Assembly (NCBI GenBank): GCA_964370715.1
Contig: CAYJKJ010000027.1
Span: 1-24,964 of the forward strand
Direction: 5' to 3'
From: an uncultured Faecalibacterium sp.
Lineage (GTDB): Bacteria > Bacillota > Clostridia > Oscillospirales > Ruminococcaceae
DNA length: 24,964 nucleotides
Shown piece by piece: positions 16,363 through 24,964 of this stretch. The first letter of the stretch is position 1. Each line of letters opens with the position of its first letter. The notes beneath the pieces are model-generated. The model saw only the letters and a list, made by a program, of their open reading frames with translations, searched no databases and had not been told where the DNA came from. The position numbers and the translations under genes are program-made.

Positions 16363-17592
16363 ATGGAACAACAAACAACACAAAAAGCCGTTGTCCTAGC
16401 TTGCGACAACGAACAATATGATATCGAAAGTTCTCTTAGCGAACTTAGCGCACTTTGCGAGACGGCGGGCGCTGAAGTTATCGCCGAAGTGGTTCAAAAA
16501 AGACAGGCGAAAGACCCTAAAACATATCTTGGAAAAGGGAAGATCGACGAAGCTAGGATTATCTGCCTTGGAGAAGGGGCGGATCTTGTTATCGTAGACG
16601 ACGAGATTTCCGCATCTCAAAAACGATCGATCGAAGAGATAGTCGACGTTCCTGTCATCGACAGAACAACGCTAATCCTAGATATATTCGCTCGCCACGC
16701 CACGACGGCGGAGGGCAATCTTCAAGTTGAACTTGCTCAACAACGCTATCGTCTTGTACATCTAGCCGGCCAAGGATTGATGCTTTCTCGCCTAGGTGGA
16801 GGAATTGGAACAAGAGGACCCGGCGAAACCAAGCTCGAAACCGATAAGCGCCACATTCGCCGACGCATTAACACCCTCGAAAAACGCTTGGAGGAACTTG
16901 AAAAGCGCCGAGACCTCACGAGAAAGCGCCGAAAAAAAGAGAACGTCCCGATAGTCTCGCTTGTTGGCTACACAAACGTTGGGAAATCAAGCCTTTTAAA
17001 CACGCTAACCGGAGCGGAGGTTTTAGCGCAAGACAAACTTTTCGCAACGCTTGACACCACGACACGAAAACTTTCGGTTGGCGACCTTCAACAGATAGTG
17101 TTGGTAGATACCGTTGGCTTTGTTAGCCGTCTACCCCATGAACTTGTCGAAGCTTTTAAATCAACCCTTGAAGAGGTTGCCCAAAGCGATTTAATATTGC
17201 TGGTTGCAGACGGCTCTTCAAGAGATTTTTCGTTGCAACTTGAGGTTGCTAAAAAAACAATTGAGCAGCTGGATTGCGGACAGATACCGACAATAACCGT
17301 ATTTAATAAATGCGACCTGCTCGACACCCATTCTGCCCTGCCGGGTATCGCCGTTTCCGCTAAAACAGGTTTTGGCATACAAACGCTTATACAAGAGATA
17401 TCAAAAAATCTTGCAGAAAGGGTTGTTCGAATAACGGCGCTTATTCCGTTTGACAAACTTTCTCTAATGCCCATAATCCGAGAACATGGCAATGTTTTAG
17501 AGGAGGAATATCGAGAGGACGGGGTGTTCATAAGAGCAACTATCGACCGCTCGGTTTATAACAGAATTCAAGATTATGTAACCGGGGTTTAA
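16363..17592 (+). CDS. hflX: GTPase HflX
   Basis: 409 aa. HflX N-domain and a G domain (GYTNVGKSSLLN, DTVGF, NKCD). GAGGAAAA RBS. Confidence 0.9.
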   Translation: MEQQTTQKAVVLACDNEQYDIESSLSELSALCETAGAEVIAEVVQKRQAKDPKTYLGKGKIDEARIICLGEGADLVIVDDEISASQKRSIEEIVDVPVIDRTTLILDIFARHATTAEGNLQVELAQQRYRLVHLAGQGLMLSRLGGGIGTRGPGETKLETDKRHIRRRINTLEKRLEELEKRRDLTRKRRKKENVPIVSLVGYTNVGKSSLLNTLTGAEVLAQDKLFATLDTTTRKLSVGDLQQIVLVDTVGFVSRLPHELVEAFKSTLEEVAQSDLILLVADGSSRDFSLQLEVAKKTIEQLDCGQIPTITVFNKCDLLDTHSALPGIAVSAKTGFGIQTLIQEISKNLAERVVRITALIPFDKLSLMPIIREHGNVLEEEYREDGVFIRATIDRSVYNRIQDYVTGV

Positions 17593-17729
17593 TTTTTAAA
17601 GTTTTAGCATAAATTTCAAAAAACAATGTTGCAGATTTCAATATATTATGTTACTATTTTTGTATTAGAGTATACCTATGCTAAAATCTTTATACAAACA
17701 AAAAAGAAAAAGAAAGAGGGTAAAAAATC

Positions 17730-18155
17730 ATGAAATTTTGTACAAGCTGCGGAAGCCAAATGGAAGACAATGCAAATTTCTGCCCCGATTGTGGCGCAAA
17801 AGAAGAGCAAGCAACCGTCAATCAACCCGAAAGCAATCCACAACCCAGATATAACCAACAGCCAGGTTATAGCAAACAACCAACCTACAACCAGCAATCA
17901 ACCTATAACCAGCAACCAACCTATAATCAACAGTTGTCCGAGAATTTTGAAAAAAAACTGGGCGGTGTTTTGGCTCTTAGTATCGTTGCTATTCTTTTCA
18001 GCTTTTTGTTTGGTATAATTTCATTAGTTTTCTACTTCCAAGCAAAAAAAGCCGTCAACGAACAAGAGTATGCTAAAGCCGTTAAAATTTCAAGAATCAC
18101 AGGAATCATTGGTATTGTTATCGGAACATTGGTATTTATAATCAATATAGTGTAG
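17730..18155 (+). CDS. Zinc-ribbon protein with a Q/N/Y/P oligopeptide-repeat linker and a DUF4190-like two-TM C-terminus
   Basis: CTSCGSQM...CPDCGAK zinc ribbon. PRYNQQPGYSKQPTYNQQSTYNQQPTYNQQ repeats. TM hairpin LALSIVAILFSFLFGIISLVFYF...ITGIIGIVIGTLVFIINIV. AGAGGG RBS. Confidence 0.7.
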   Translation: MKFCTSCGSQMEDNANFCPDCGAKEEQATVNQPESNPQPRYNQQPGYSKQPTYNQQSTYNQQPTYNQQLSENFEKKLGGVLALSIVAILFSFLFGIISLVFYFQAKKAVNEQEYAKAVKISRITGIIGIVIGTLVFIINIV

Positions 18156-18301
18156 TTTTAATTAGCCAAAAACATCTTTATTTTGTTAATAGTGATGAGT
18201 TTAAAAGAAAATTAAATTATTAAAGAAAAAACTCTTGCTTTTGTAACACAAATCTGTTATTATATAAGTCGTGACTTAAAAAGCATAAGGAGGTGCAGAA
18301 A

Positions 18302-18490
18302 ATGGCTAAATGCGATATCTGCGGAAAAGGCGTAGTGTTCGGGATTAAGGTTTCCCATTCACACAGACGTTCAAACAGAACTTTTAAACCTAATGTTAAA
18401 CGTGTAAAAGCAGTTGTAGACGGATCACCTAAGCATATCAAAGCCTGCACCCGTTGCCTACGCTCGGGCAAGGTTACTCGCTCGGCATAA
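18302..18490 (+). CDS. rpmB: 50S ribosomal protein L28 (zinc-binding C+ form)
   Basis: MAKCDICGKGVVFGIKVSHSHRRSNRTFKPNVKRV...CTRCLRSGKV. AAGGAGGTG RBS 7 nt upstream. The track start at 18293 is a GTG within that RBS. Confidence 0.9.
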   Translation: MAKCDICGKGVVFGIKVSHSHRRSNRTFKPNVKRVKAVVDGSPKHIKACTRCLRSGKVTRSA

Positions 18491-18510
18491 TAACGTTTAA
18501 AGTTTTAAAA

Positions 18511-18540
18511 GCCTAAACTCGAAAGAGTTGGGCTTTTTTT
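18511..18540 (+). terminator. Weak first hairpin plus T-run after rpmB
   Basis: GCCTAAACTC-GAAA-GAGTTGGGC, an imperfect stem, followed by TTTTTTT. Confidence 0.35.
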
Positions 18541-18561
18541 CTTTGTTTCGACTAGACCAAA

Positions 18562-18607
18562 CACCCCATAACTGTGATTGCGTTATCACAGTTATGGGGT
18601 GTTTTTT
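18562..18607 (+). terminator. Strong rho-independent terminator (second of a tandem pair) after rpmB
   Basis: 17-bp perfect stem CACCCCATAACTGTGAT / ATCACAGTTATGGGGTG with loop TGCGTT, then TTTTTT. Confidence 0.75.
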
Positions 18608-18623
18608 ACTAAAAAATTTTTGT

Positions 18624-19034
18624 TTAAACCGTTTGGTTATCGGCGTTTCTTATCTGTTCAACTGCTTTAATAGCATTTTTAACAACGCTGTCGCATTCTA
18701 TGCTTTTTTGTTCGTTAACCTTCAAAATTTCGCTACAAACAGTTGCGCCCGACAGTTGTTCAAAAGCATCCATAAGTTCTCTTGTTTTTTTGTATGTTTC
18801 ATGTTTTGAACTAGTGCCCAAACCTTCGCTTGAAAAATAGCCCAAAGCTATGATAGCCCCAACGAGCGCTCCGCAGATGTTTCGAGTTCCGGCTATTCCT
18901 CCGCCAAAGCTTTCCGCCAAACGATACGCCGTGTCTTCCGATATCCCTATCTCTTTTGCATAGATGCAAAGTACAGTTTGGGAACAGTTGCACCCTCCGA
19001 AATATTGGTCGACCAATTTTAGTTTTTGTTCCAT
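18624..19034 (-). CDS. C_GCAxxG_C_C family protein (putative redox-active protein)
   Basis: N-terminal YFGGCNCSQTVLCIYA matches the family motif. ATG at 19032-19034 with a GAAAGGCGG RBS. The track's first codon at 19043 is TTG. Confidence 0.65.
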   Translation of the reverse strand: MEQKLKLVDQYFGGCNCSQTVLCIYAKEIGISEDTAYRLAESFGGGIAGTRNICGALVGAIIALGYFSSEGLGTSSKHETYKKTRELMDAFEQLSGATVCSEILKVNEQKSIECDSVVKNAIKAVEQIRNADNQTV

Positions 19035-19057
19035 CAGCTTCAACCGCCTTTCTTGAA

Positions 19058-20386
19058 CTATTTCGTGTTGTTGCCTCGTTCTCGAACAACTATCCTAACC
19101 GGAGTTCCCTCAAGCCCAAATGTATCACGAATTTGGTTTTCGATATATCTTTGATATGAAAAATGGAAAAGATCCGCATTGTTAACAAACATAACAAAGG
19201 TGGGCGGGCGTGTTGAAGGCTGGGTGATATAGTATATCTTGAGCCTTTTGCCTTTGTCGGATGGCGGTTGAACCCTCGCCGTTGCCCTCGCTAGAACCTC
19301 GTTTAGCATACCTGTCGTTATTCTCATTGCGTTTTGTTCATCAACAAATTTTATAAGTTCAAACAACCTATCTATTCTTATATTCTCTTTGCCCGAAATA
19401 AATATAATCGGCGCATACGACATAAACGAAAAATCATTCATATATTTTTTGCGCAGTTTATCCATCGTCTTGCCGTCTTTTTCAACAAGATCCCATTTGT
19501 TAACCGCAATTATGCAACCTTTACCCTGTTCATGCGCATAGCCTGCAACCTTGCTGTCTTGCTCTGTGAAGCCCTCTGTTGCGTCGATGAGAATAACGCA
19601 GACATCAGCTTTTTCCGCCGCAGAAAGCGCCCTCATGACGCTGTAGCGCTCGATGCTTTGCTCCACCCTAGCCTTTTTCCTCATGCCGGCTGTGTCGATA
19701 AGCAAAAACTTGCCCGCCTTGTTTTCAACCTTCGCATCAACGGCATCCCTTGTCGTTCCGGCTATCGGCGAAACGATCATTCGTTCTTCTTTCAACGCCG
19801 TGTTAAAAAGGGTGGACTTTCCGCTGTTTGGCTTTCCTATTATAGCGACCTTTATTCTGTCGTCTTCGTCTTCCTCTTCCTCGATTTCGGGAAGGTGGGA
19901 ACAAACTACATCGAGCAGATCCCCCGTTCCATGCCCATGAACCGACGACACCGCAATTGGATCGCCAAGACCTAAAGAATAGAATTCATAGAATTCCGGC
20001 GGTGGGTTGCCTACGCTGTCGCATTTGTTAACCGCCATAACAACGGGTTTTCCGCTGCGTTGAAGAATGTTTGCAACCTCATAGTCGTCCGCCGTTACCC
20101 CTGCTCTTATGTCTGCAACAAAGATTATAACATCAGCGGTATCGACCGCTATGTCTACTTGTTCTCTTATATGCACCTTTATCTCATCGTCGTTGTTTGG
20201 TTCGACTCCGCCCGTGTCAATTAGGTTAAATTTATGTATAAGCCAACTCGACTCGCCAAAAATTCTATCCCTTGTAACCCCCGGTGTGTCGTCTACAATA
20301 GCTTTTCTTTCGCCTATTAGTTTATTAAAAAGCGTTGATTTCCCAACGTTTGGTCGTCCGACAATAGCAATAGTTCCACTCGCCAT
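19058..20386 (-). CDS. der: Ribosome-associated GTPase Der/EngA
   Basis: Two tandem G domains (GRPNVGKST and GKPNSGKST P-loops) plus a C-terminal KH-like domain. 442 aa. AAGGAGAAAAA RBS. Confidence 0.9.
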   Translation of the reverse strand: MASGTIAIVGRPNVGKSTLFNKLIGERKAIVDDTPGVTRDRIFGESSWLIHKFNLIDTGGVEPNNDDEIKVHIREQVDIAVDTADVIIFVADIRAGVTADDYEVANILQRSGKPVVMAVNKCDSVGNPPPEFYEFYSLGLGDPIAVSSVHGHGTGDLLDVVCSHLPEIEEEEDEDDRIKVAIIGKPNSGKSTLFNTALKEERMIVSPIAGTTRDAVDAKVENKAGKFLLIDTAGMRKKARVEQSIERYSVMRALSAAEKADVCVILIDATEGFTEQDSKVAGYAHEQGKGCIIAVNKWDLVEKDGKTMDKLRKKYMNDFSFMSYAPIIFISGKENIRIDRLFELIKFVDEQNAMRITTGMLNEVLARATARVQPPSDKGKRLKIYYITQPSTRPPTFVMFVNNADLFHFSYQRYIENQIRDTFGLEGTPVRIVVRERGNNTK

Positions 20387-20417
20387 TAATTTTTCTCCTT
20401 ATATTTAAAACTGTTGT

Positions 20418-21752
20418 TCAGTTAGTTTTCCCAATTACAGCATCCAAAAGTTGTTCTCCCGATTCGATGAATACAATCGGTTTTCCAAAATGCTCCTCTA
20501 GTTGCTCCGGCGTCATATCATCTAGCAAAAGATCCATCTCGCTCCTTAAGATATTTTTTGGAAGCAAAATAACATCTCCGATTATATCTTGTTTGCCTAA
20601 GCTTTCAACTATATCTTTACCGGTCAAAAGCCCCGATACCGAAACGTTTCCGCCAAAAAATTTGTTTTTAACTTTATGCACTCTAACAGATAGTTCTGAA
20701 AAATGTTCCTTCGCCTTATCTACTAGCATTTTAATAAAATCTGCCGAGGCTTCCCCCGTTATTATATCAACGGTTGATTGTTTTTCCAAGCAAAATTCCT
20801 CTTCGAGTTTATCTTCAAGCGAAAACAAAAACTCTTCTCTTAACGTCGACAACATACCAACGCCGTTTTCAATCTGTGAAAAATCATCATAAAACGCCGT
20901 TTCGGGTATCTCTTTTTCGCTTAGCAAAAACCATTCGTCCGCCGGATAAACGATAGAAGTTCCATATTTTTTATAATTATCTTTCGCATATCTCTCGATA
21001 GTTTCAAGCAACGATATAGCATCGCTCTTGTTAAAGCATTCAAGCTTATGCAGTCCGCTTCGATGATCCGTTAACCCCGACGGCACAACCGCAATGCTTT
21101 CGACCGATGGATAAAGATTAATCAGATCCTCAACAGTTTTTTCAAGATGTTGTTTGTCGTTTATGCCTTTACACAAAACTATCTGACAGTTTATCCGAAT
21201 TCCGCCGTCTGCTAGTTTTTTGATATATCTTAGCTTTTCACCGGCAAACCTATTGCCCATAACAAAGTTTCTAAGCTCGCTATCGGTTGTATGAACCGAG
21301 ATGTTAATCGGGGTTATCTTCATCTCGATTATTCTGTCGATATCTTTATCTTCAATATTTGTCAGTGTTATATAGTTTCCGAAAAGATATGAAAGCCTCT
21401 CGTCGTCATCCTTGAAATAAAGCGGTTCTCTCATCCCTTTTGGAAGTTGGTCTATAAAACAAAACAGACATTTGTTTCTACAGGAATGTTGTTTATCCAT
21501 CAAAAATGTTTCAAACAAAAACCCAACATCTTCAAATTCTTTTTTTGAAACGTTAAACTCTTCAACGTTTCCGTTTGGGCGTTCGATCTCAAGCAAAAGT
21601 TTCTTTTCTGTCGAATAAAATCCATAATCCAAAATATCATTTATAGGCTTTTTGTTAATCGAAATAAGCTTTGAATGTTTTTCTATATTAAGTTTTTCCG
21701 CAACAGAACCGATGTTAGCGCCAATTATTTCAACCGACATACTTTCGACCAT
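20418..21752 (-). CDS. DUF512 / radical-SAM-like protein with an N-terminal PDZ-like region
   Basis: CRNKCLFCFIDQ Cx3Cx2C cluster motif and a DUF512-type C-terminal half. Gene lies directly upstream of der, an arrangement I recall from other Clostridia. The track's first codon is TTG. An in-frame ATG lies at 21752 and another at 21740. Confidence 0.65.
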   Translation of the reverse strand: MVESMSVEIIGANIGSVAEKLNIEKHSKLISINKKPINDILDYGFYSTEKKLLLEIERPNGNVEEFNVSKKEFEDVGFLFETFLMDKQHSCRNKCLFCFIDQLPKGMREPLYFKDDDERLSYLFGNYITLTNIEDKDIDRIIEMKITPINISVHTTDSELRNFVMGNRFAGEKLRYIKKLADGGIRINCQIVLCKGINDKQHLEKTVEDLINLYPSVESIAVVPSGLTDHRSGLHKLECFNKSDAISLLETIERYAKDNYKKYGTSIVYPADEWFLLSEKEIPETAFYDDFSQIENGVGMLSTLREEFLFSLEDKLEEEFCLEKQSTVDIITGEASADFIKMLVDKAKEHFSELSVRVHKVKNKFFGGNVSVSGLLTGKDIVESLGKQDIIGDVILLPKNILRSEMDLLLDDMTPEQLEEHFGKPIVFIESGEQLLDAVIGKTN

Positions 21753-21771
21753 GCCTTTCAAAAATAAAGAT

Positions 21772-21811
21772 TAAAAAACAAAAGAGAGGGTTTTTTTACA
21801 AAACCCCCTCC
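21772..21811 (-). terminator. Rho-independent terminator/attenuator between rpmF and the DUF512-der genes
   Basis: Minus sense: GGAGGGGGTTTT-GTA-AAAAAACCCTCTC followed by TTTTGTTTTTT. It begins 8 nt after the rpmF stop and ends about 10-20 nt before the DUF512 start. Confidence 0.5.
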
Positions 21812-21818
21812 GTACGCA

Positions 21819-22007
21819 CTAAACGTCAAGATCTTTTTTGATAACTTCCCTGCCTTTATAGAAACCGCAGTTTCCACAAGCTCTGTGAGGCATCGCAAGC
21901 TCTCCGCAATGTGAGCACTTTGTGAAGTTAGGCATTTCAAGTTTCCACACCGAGGAGCGCCGTTTATCACGTCGAGCCTTGGAAACCCTTCTTTTTGGTA
22001 CAGCCAT
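21819..22007 (-). CDS. rpmF: 50S ribosomal protein L32 (zinc-binding C+ form)
   Basis: MAVPKRRVSKARRDKRRS...CSHCGE...CGNCG. GGGAGGTG RBS. The overlapping 95-aa track ORF in another frame is spurious. Confidence 0.9.
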   Translation of the reverse strand: MAVPKRRVSKARRDKRRSSVWKLEMPNFTKCSHCGELAMPHRACGNCGFYKGREVIKKDLDV

Positions 22008-22061
22008 TCTTTAGCACCTCCCACGATGATTTTTTTAGCATGCATTCATAACACGCCTAAT

Positions 22062-22090
22062 TATTATACCATAAACAAATTATATGTCAA
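22062..22090 (-). promoter_or_regulatory. Strong promoter of rpmF
   Basis: Minus sense: TTGACA (plus 22085-22090), 17-nt spacer, TATAAT (plus 22062-22067) with an extended -10 TG. Confidence 0.5.
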
Positions 22091-22097
22091 TATATAT

Positions 22098-22499
22098 TTA
22101 GATATATTTTTTAATTTCTTCGGGTGCATTTTTCTCGTCGGTAGAAACTGTTATAACAACCTTTATGTTGTTTTCGGTTATTGCGTTAATCTTCTCAAGA
22201 AGGTCCGCAAGCCCTTCGATTCCGCCACCGATTTTCAAAATACCATCGATGTAAACTTCGCTTATATCATAGTTCCCTGCCAAAATGCCCGAAAAGAAGC
22301 CATAGAAATGGTCATAACCTCTAATCATATAATCGTCTACATCGATGAGGCGAACCGAATGATCGATGTTGAATGTAAGTTTCATTGATTTTTCGATACA
22401 AACAATGCTTCCCTCGTTGCTCTTAGCCGATTCGTTGATCATTTCGATCATTGTTTTGGTTTTTCCCGATCCTTTATCCCCAAAAATTAATTGAATCAT
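22098..22499 (-). CDS. Small stand-alone P-loop NTPase (minimal RecA/KaiC-like fold), uncharacterised
   Basis: 133 aa. Walker A GDKGSGKT at residues 8-15, an IVCIEKS strand, and Walker-B-like VRLIDVDD. AAGGAG RBS. Starts 29 nt after the pgi stop, so probably co-transcribed with pgi. Confidence 0.5.
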   Translation of the reverse strand: MIQLIFGDKGSGKTKTMIEMINESAKSNEGSIVCIEKSMKLTFNIDHSVRLIDVDDYMIRGYDHFYGFFSGILAGNYDISEVYIDGILKIGGGIEGLADLLEKINAITENNIKVVITVSTDEKNAPEEIKKYI

Positions 22500-22528
22500 A
22501 GCGTTTTTCTCCTTATATTTGTATTTTT

Positions 22529-23860
22529 TTAGTTGCCGAGTTTTTTCAAAAGTTGTTCTCTTTGTTGTTCAAAACCTTTTTTTCCGAGCAAAGCGAACAT
22601 ATTCTTTTTATATGCTTCAACCCCCGGTTGATCAAACGGATTAACCCCCAAGACATATCCCGAAACGCCACAAGCTTTTTCATAGAAATAGATAAGCTCG
22701 CCGACATTAAGTTCGTCTATATCGTCTACTTCGATTATGATGTTTGGAACTCCGCCCTCTGTGTGTGCCAAAAGAGTTCCTTCGAAAGCTTTTTCGTTAA
22801 CAAACGAAAGCTTTTGTCCTGCAAGATAATTAAGCCCGTCAAAGTCTTCATTTTCTTGCTTAATCGAAATTTCGTTTTGTGTGTTTTTAAATTTAACAAC
22901 CGTTTCAAATAAATCTCTTCTGCCGTCTTGAACATATTGTCCCATCGAATGAAGATCGGTTGAAAAGATAACGGAAGCCGGGAAAATTCCTTTTTGGTCT
23001 TTGCCCTCGCTCTCGCCGTAGAGCTGTTTGTACCATTCGTTCATCATGGTGTATGCCGGCTCATAGCAAGCCATAAGTTCGATTGTTTTTCCTTTGTTAT
23101 AAAGGATGTTTCTTGCCGCAACATATTTCAAAACTTCGTTTTGTTCAAGTTGCTCGCTGTTGAATCTATTGTATCCGTTTAGCGCACCTTGCATTAATTT
23201 GTCGATATCAAAACCTGCTGCCGCTATCGGAAGAAGCCCAACCGCAGTTAAAACCGAAAATCTTCCGCCAACATCGTCGGGGATAACGAACGTTTGATAT
23301 TGGTTTTTATCGGCAAGAGTTTTAAGCGTTCCTCTTGCTTTATCGGTTGTTGCATAAATTCTTTCGTTTGCTTTGTCGCCATATTGTTTTTCGAGGAGTT
23401 CTTTGAACACACGAAACGCAATAGCAGGTTCGGTTGTCGTTCCCGATTTTGAAACAACGTTGACCGACACACGTTTACCTTCGCAAATTTTCAAAAGATT
23501 TGCGAGATAATCCGAGCTTATGTTGTTGCCGGCAAAATATACTTTAAGTGGATTTAATTCATTGTAGAATTGAGTTCCCAAGAGTTCGATAACCGCTCTT
23601 GCGCCGAGATAGCTTCCGCCAATTCCTATTACAATTAGAATGTCGCTGTCTTCGCGAATTTTTTTTGCGGCTTTTTTTATCGCCTCAAACTCTTGTTTGT
23701 CATAATCTTTCGGAAGCGATACCCAACCGACAAAATCATTTCCTTGACCCTGTTTGTTCTCAAGCAACGAATTCGCAAGCCCTACTTGTTTCGCAATGCC
23801 TTCGAATTCATTTTGTCCGACAAACCCATCGAGATACTTTGTTACTACTTTTACTGCCAT
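22529..23860 (-). CDS. pgi: Glucose-6-phosphate isomerase (Firmicutes ~450-aa type)
   Basis: 443 aa. SIS-domain motifs [12 protein letters not shown] and [11 protein letters not shown], and C-terminal [11 protein letters not shown]. Confidence 0.9.
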   Translation of the reverse strand: MAVKVVTKYLDGFVGQNEFEGIAKQVGLANSLLENKQGQGNDFVGWVSLPKDYDKQEFEAIKKAAKKIREDSDILIVIGIGGSYLGARAVIELLGTQFYNELNPLKVYFAGNNISSDYLANLLKICEGKRVSVNVVSKSGTTTEPAIAFRVFKELLEKQYGDKANERIYATTDKARGTLKTLADKNQYQTFVIPDDVGGRFSVLTAVGLLPIAAAGFDIDKLMQGALNGYNRFNSEQLEQNEVLKYVAARNILYNKGKTIELMACYEPAYTMMNEWYKQLYGESEGKDQKGIFPASVIFSTDLHSMGQYVQDGRRDLFETVVKFKNTQNEISIKQENEDFDGLNYLAGQKLSFVNEKAFEGTLLAHTEGGVPNIIIEVDDIDELNVGELIYFYEKACGVSGYVLGVNPFDQPGVEAYKKNMFALLGKKGFEQQREQLLKKLGN

Positions 23861-23910
23861 AATTTAAAGGTCTCCAAACCATGTATTAATAAAATAAATT
23901 ATTAACTACT

Positions 23911-23940
23911 ATAATAAGAAAAAAAACACAAAATGTCAAT
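23911..23940 (-). promoter_or_regulatory. Putative pgi promoter
   Basis: Minus sense: TTGACA (plus 23935-23940), 18-nt spacer, TATTAT (plus 23911-23916). Confidence 0.4.
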
Positions 23941-24035
23941 GGATTATTTTAAGTATTCCCTTCCATTGTTGTTATATATTTGTTTTTTCTAATACTAATA
24001 TTAAAAACACACTTTAATTTATTCAAAAAATTTTA

Positions 24036-24964
24036 TCATTCGCTTTGTTGTTCGCCGTCTAGCATCGTTTTATAAAGCCTTGAATAATATCCGCCCTTTG
24101 CGAGAAGCTCGCCGTGTGTGCCTTGTTCTTTAATAAACCCATCTCGAACAACCAAAATTATATCCGCCAAACGAATTGTCGACAATCGGTGCGCAATAAC
24201 AAAGCTTGTTCGTTCCTCCAAAACTTCGTCGATAGCTTTTTGGATAAGCTTTTCGGTTTCGGTGTCGATAGTCGCCGTCGCTTCGTCCAACACAAATATC
24301 GGAGGATCGGCGATAACCGCCCTTGCAAACGAAATCAGCTGTCTTTCACCTGCCGAAAGAAAACCGCCCGCTTCCCCAACCTCCGTTTCAAGACCATCCG
24401 CCGCTTTTTCCAAAACCTTGTTTGCCGACACCAGATTAATCGCTCTTTCCAGTTGCTTATCGGTGGCGTTTAAATTTCCGTAGAGGATATTTTGTTTGAT
24501 GGTTCCCGAAAAAAGATGGGGGTTTTGAAGAACATAACCTATATTTGAATGCAGCCAGTTTAAGCTCCTTTCCCTATAATCAACCCCGTCGATTAATATT
24601 CGCCCTTTTGTCGGTTCGAAAAATCTGCAAAGAAGATTAACAAGGGTGCTTTTTCCCGCTCCCGTCTCTCCAACAATCGCAACGGTCGAACCCTTTTTAA
24701 CGGTAAGGTTAAAGTTTTCAAGAACATTTTCTGTTCCATCGGGATAGATAAACGACACGTTTTCAAACACGATATCTCCGCTAAGTTTTTCCCAATTTTC
24801 CGGTTTTGGCTCGAAACAGGTTCCATATTTTTGTTCAACCTGTTCGCTATCTTTAACATCGATAGTTTCATCCAAAAGGCCCATAACACGCTCTATATTA
24901 ACCTGTGCGGCAAGGATAACCGTTATGTCGTGTGCTATGTGTTGAATAGGCTCTATAACCGCAA
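24036..24964 (-). CDS. ABC exporter, fused permease/ATPase (MsbA-like). C-terminal NBD and end of the TMD are present; the gene continues beyond the window end
   Basis: Walker A GETGAGKST, Q-loop, signature LSAGERQL, Walker B FVLDEATATID and H-loop AHRL. The frame is open from 24885 to the window edge (…AVIEPIQHIAHDITVILAAQVNIERV…). Confidence 0.85.
   Translation of the reverse strand, partial: AVIEPIQHIAHDITVILAAQVNIERVMGLLDETIDVKDSEQVEQKYGTCFEPKPENWEKLSGDIVFENVSFIYPDGTENVLENFNLTVKKGSTVAIVGETGAGKSTLVNLLCRFFEPTKGRILIDGVDYRERSLNWLHSNIGYVLQNPHLFSGTIKQNILYGNLNATDKQLERAINLVSANKVLEKAADGLETEVGEAGGFLSAGERQLISFARAVIADPPIFVLDEATATIDTETEKLIQKAIDEVLEERTSFVIAHRLSTIRLADIILVVRDGFIKEQGTHGELLAKGGYYSRLYKTMLDGEQQSE

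Noticed and set aside
18562-18607. Possibility that the strong hairpin after rpmB is a bidirectional terminator also serving the convergent C_GCAxxG_C_C gene
   Set aside because: On the minus strand the stem is followed by TTTGGTCT, not a U-tract. It is probably unidirectional, with at most weak termination of the minus-strand operon.
19334-19975. 213-aa plus-strand ORF
   Set aside because: Lies entirely inside der on the opposite strand, with no domain and no RBS.
21758-22045. 95-aa minus-strand ORF overlapping rpmF in another frame
   Set aside because: rpmF (L32) is unambiguous by sequence. The longer ORF is an out-of-frame artefact that also runs through the terminator.
24114-24483. Two ~120-aa plus-strand ORFs
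   Set aside because: Antisense to the ABC transporter NBD.
1-24964. Search for tRNA/rRNA genes, CRISPR repeats, IS elements and integrases
   Set aside because: I found no cloverleaf-like GC-rich segments, no regularly spaced direct repeats and no transposase- or integrase-like ORFs on either strand.

Overview
This window reads as a low-GC Firmicutes (Clostridia-like) chromosomal segment with about 27 protein genes. It is mostly housekeeping with a few accessory-looking patches. No rRNA, tRNA, CRISPR array, transposase or integrase is visible.

Gene order, start to end:
- 5' end of a minus-strand lipoprotein gene, then a small hypothetical ORF.
- A ~650-bp AT-rich non-coding stretch.
- A plus-strand DUF1836 / NfeD-like (YuaF-type) / flotillin (FloT-like) operon, driven by a consensus TTGACA-17-TACAAT promoter.
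- A minus-strand block: MBOAT O-acyltransferase, a DltD-like partner, cobO (corrinoid adenosyltransferase) and a CobC-like histidine phosphatase. The MBOAT pair is visibly lower in GC than its neighbours.
- A DUF4358 + transglutaminase-like lipoprotein.
- alaA-type aminotransferase.
- A long minus-strand run: dapF, then a three-gene membrane module (zinc-ribbon/DUF4190, DUF2752, zinc-ribbon/QP-rich/TM/lipocalin-like ectodomain), then deoC and a CNNM/CorC transporter.
- hflX, a third zinc-ribbon/Q-N-rich/DUF4190-like paralogue, and rpmB with tandem terminators.
- A second minus-strand run: partial ABC exporter, pgi, a 133-aa minimal P-loop ATPase, rpmF (own promoter, terminator after it), a DUF512 radical-SAM protein, der, and a C_GCAxxG_C_C protein.

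The best candidate for an undescribed system is the conserved-domain but uncharacterised Zn-ribbon/DUF4190 - DUF2752 - Zn-ribbon/QP-rich module, together with its distant Q/N-repeat paralogue. Two secondary candidates are the small RecA/KaiC-like P-loop protein after pgi and the low-GC MBOAT island.
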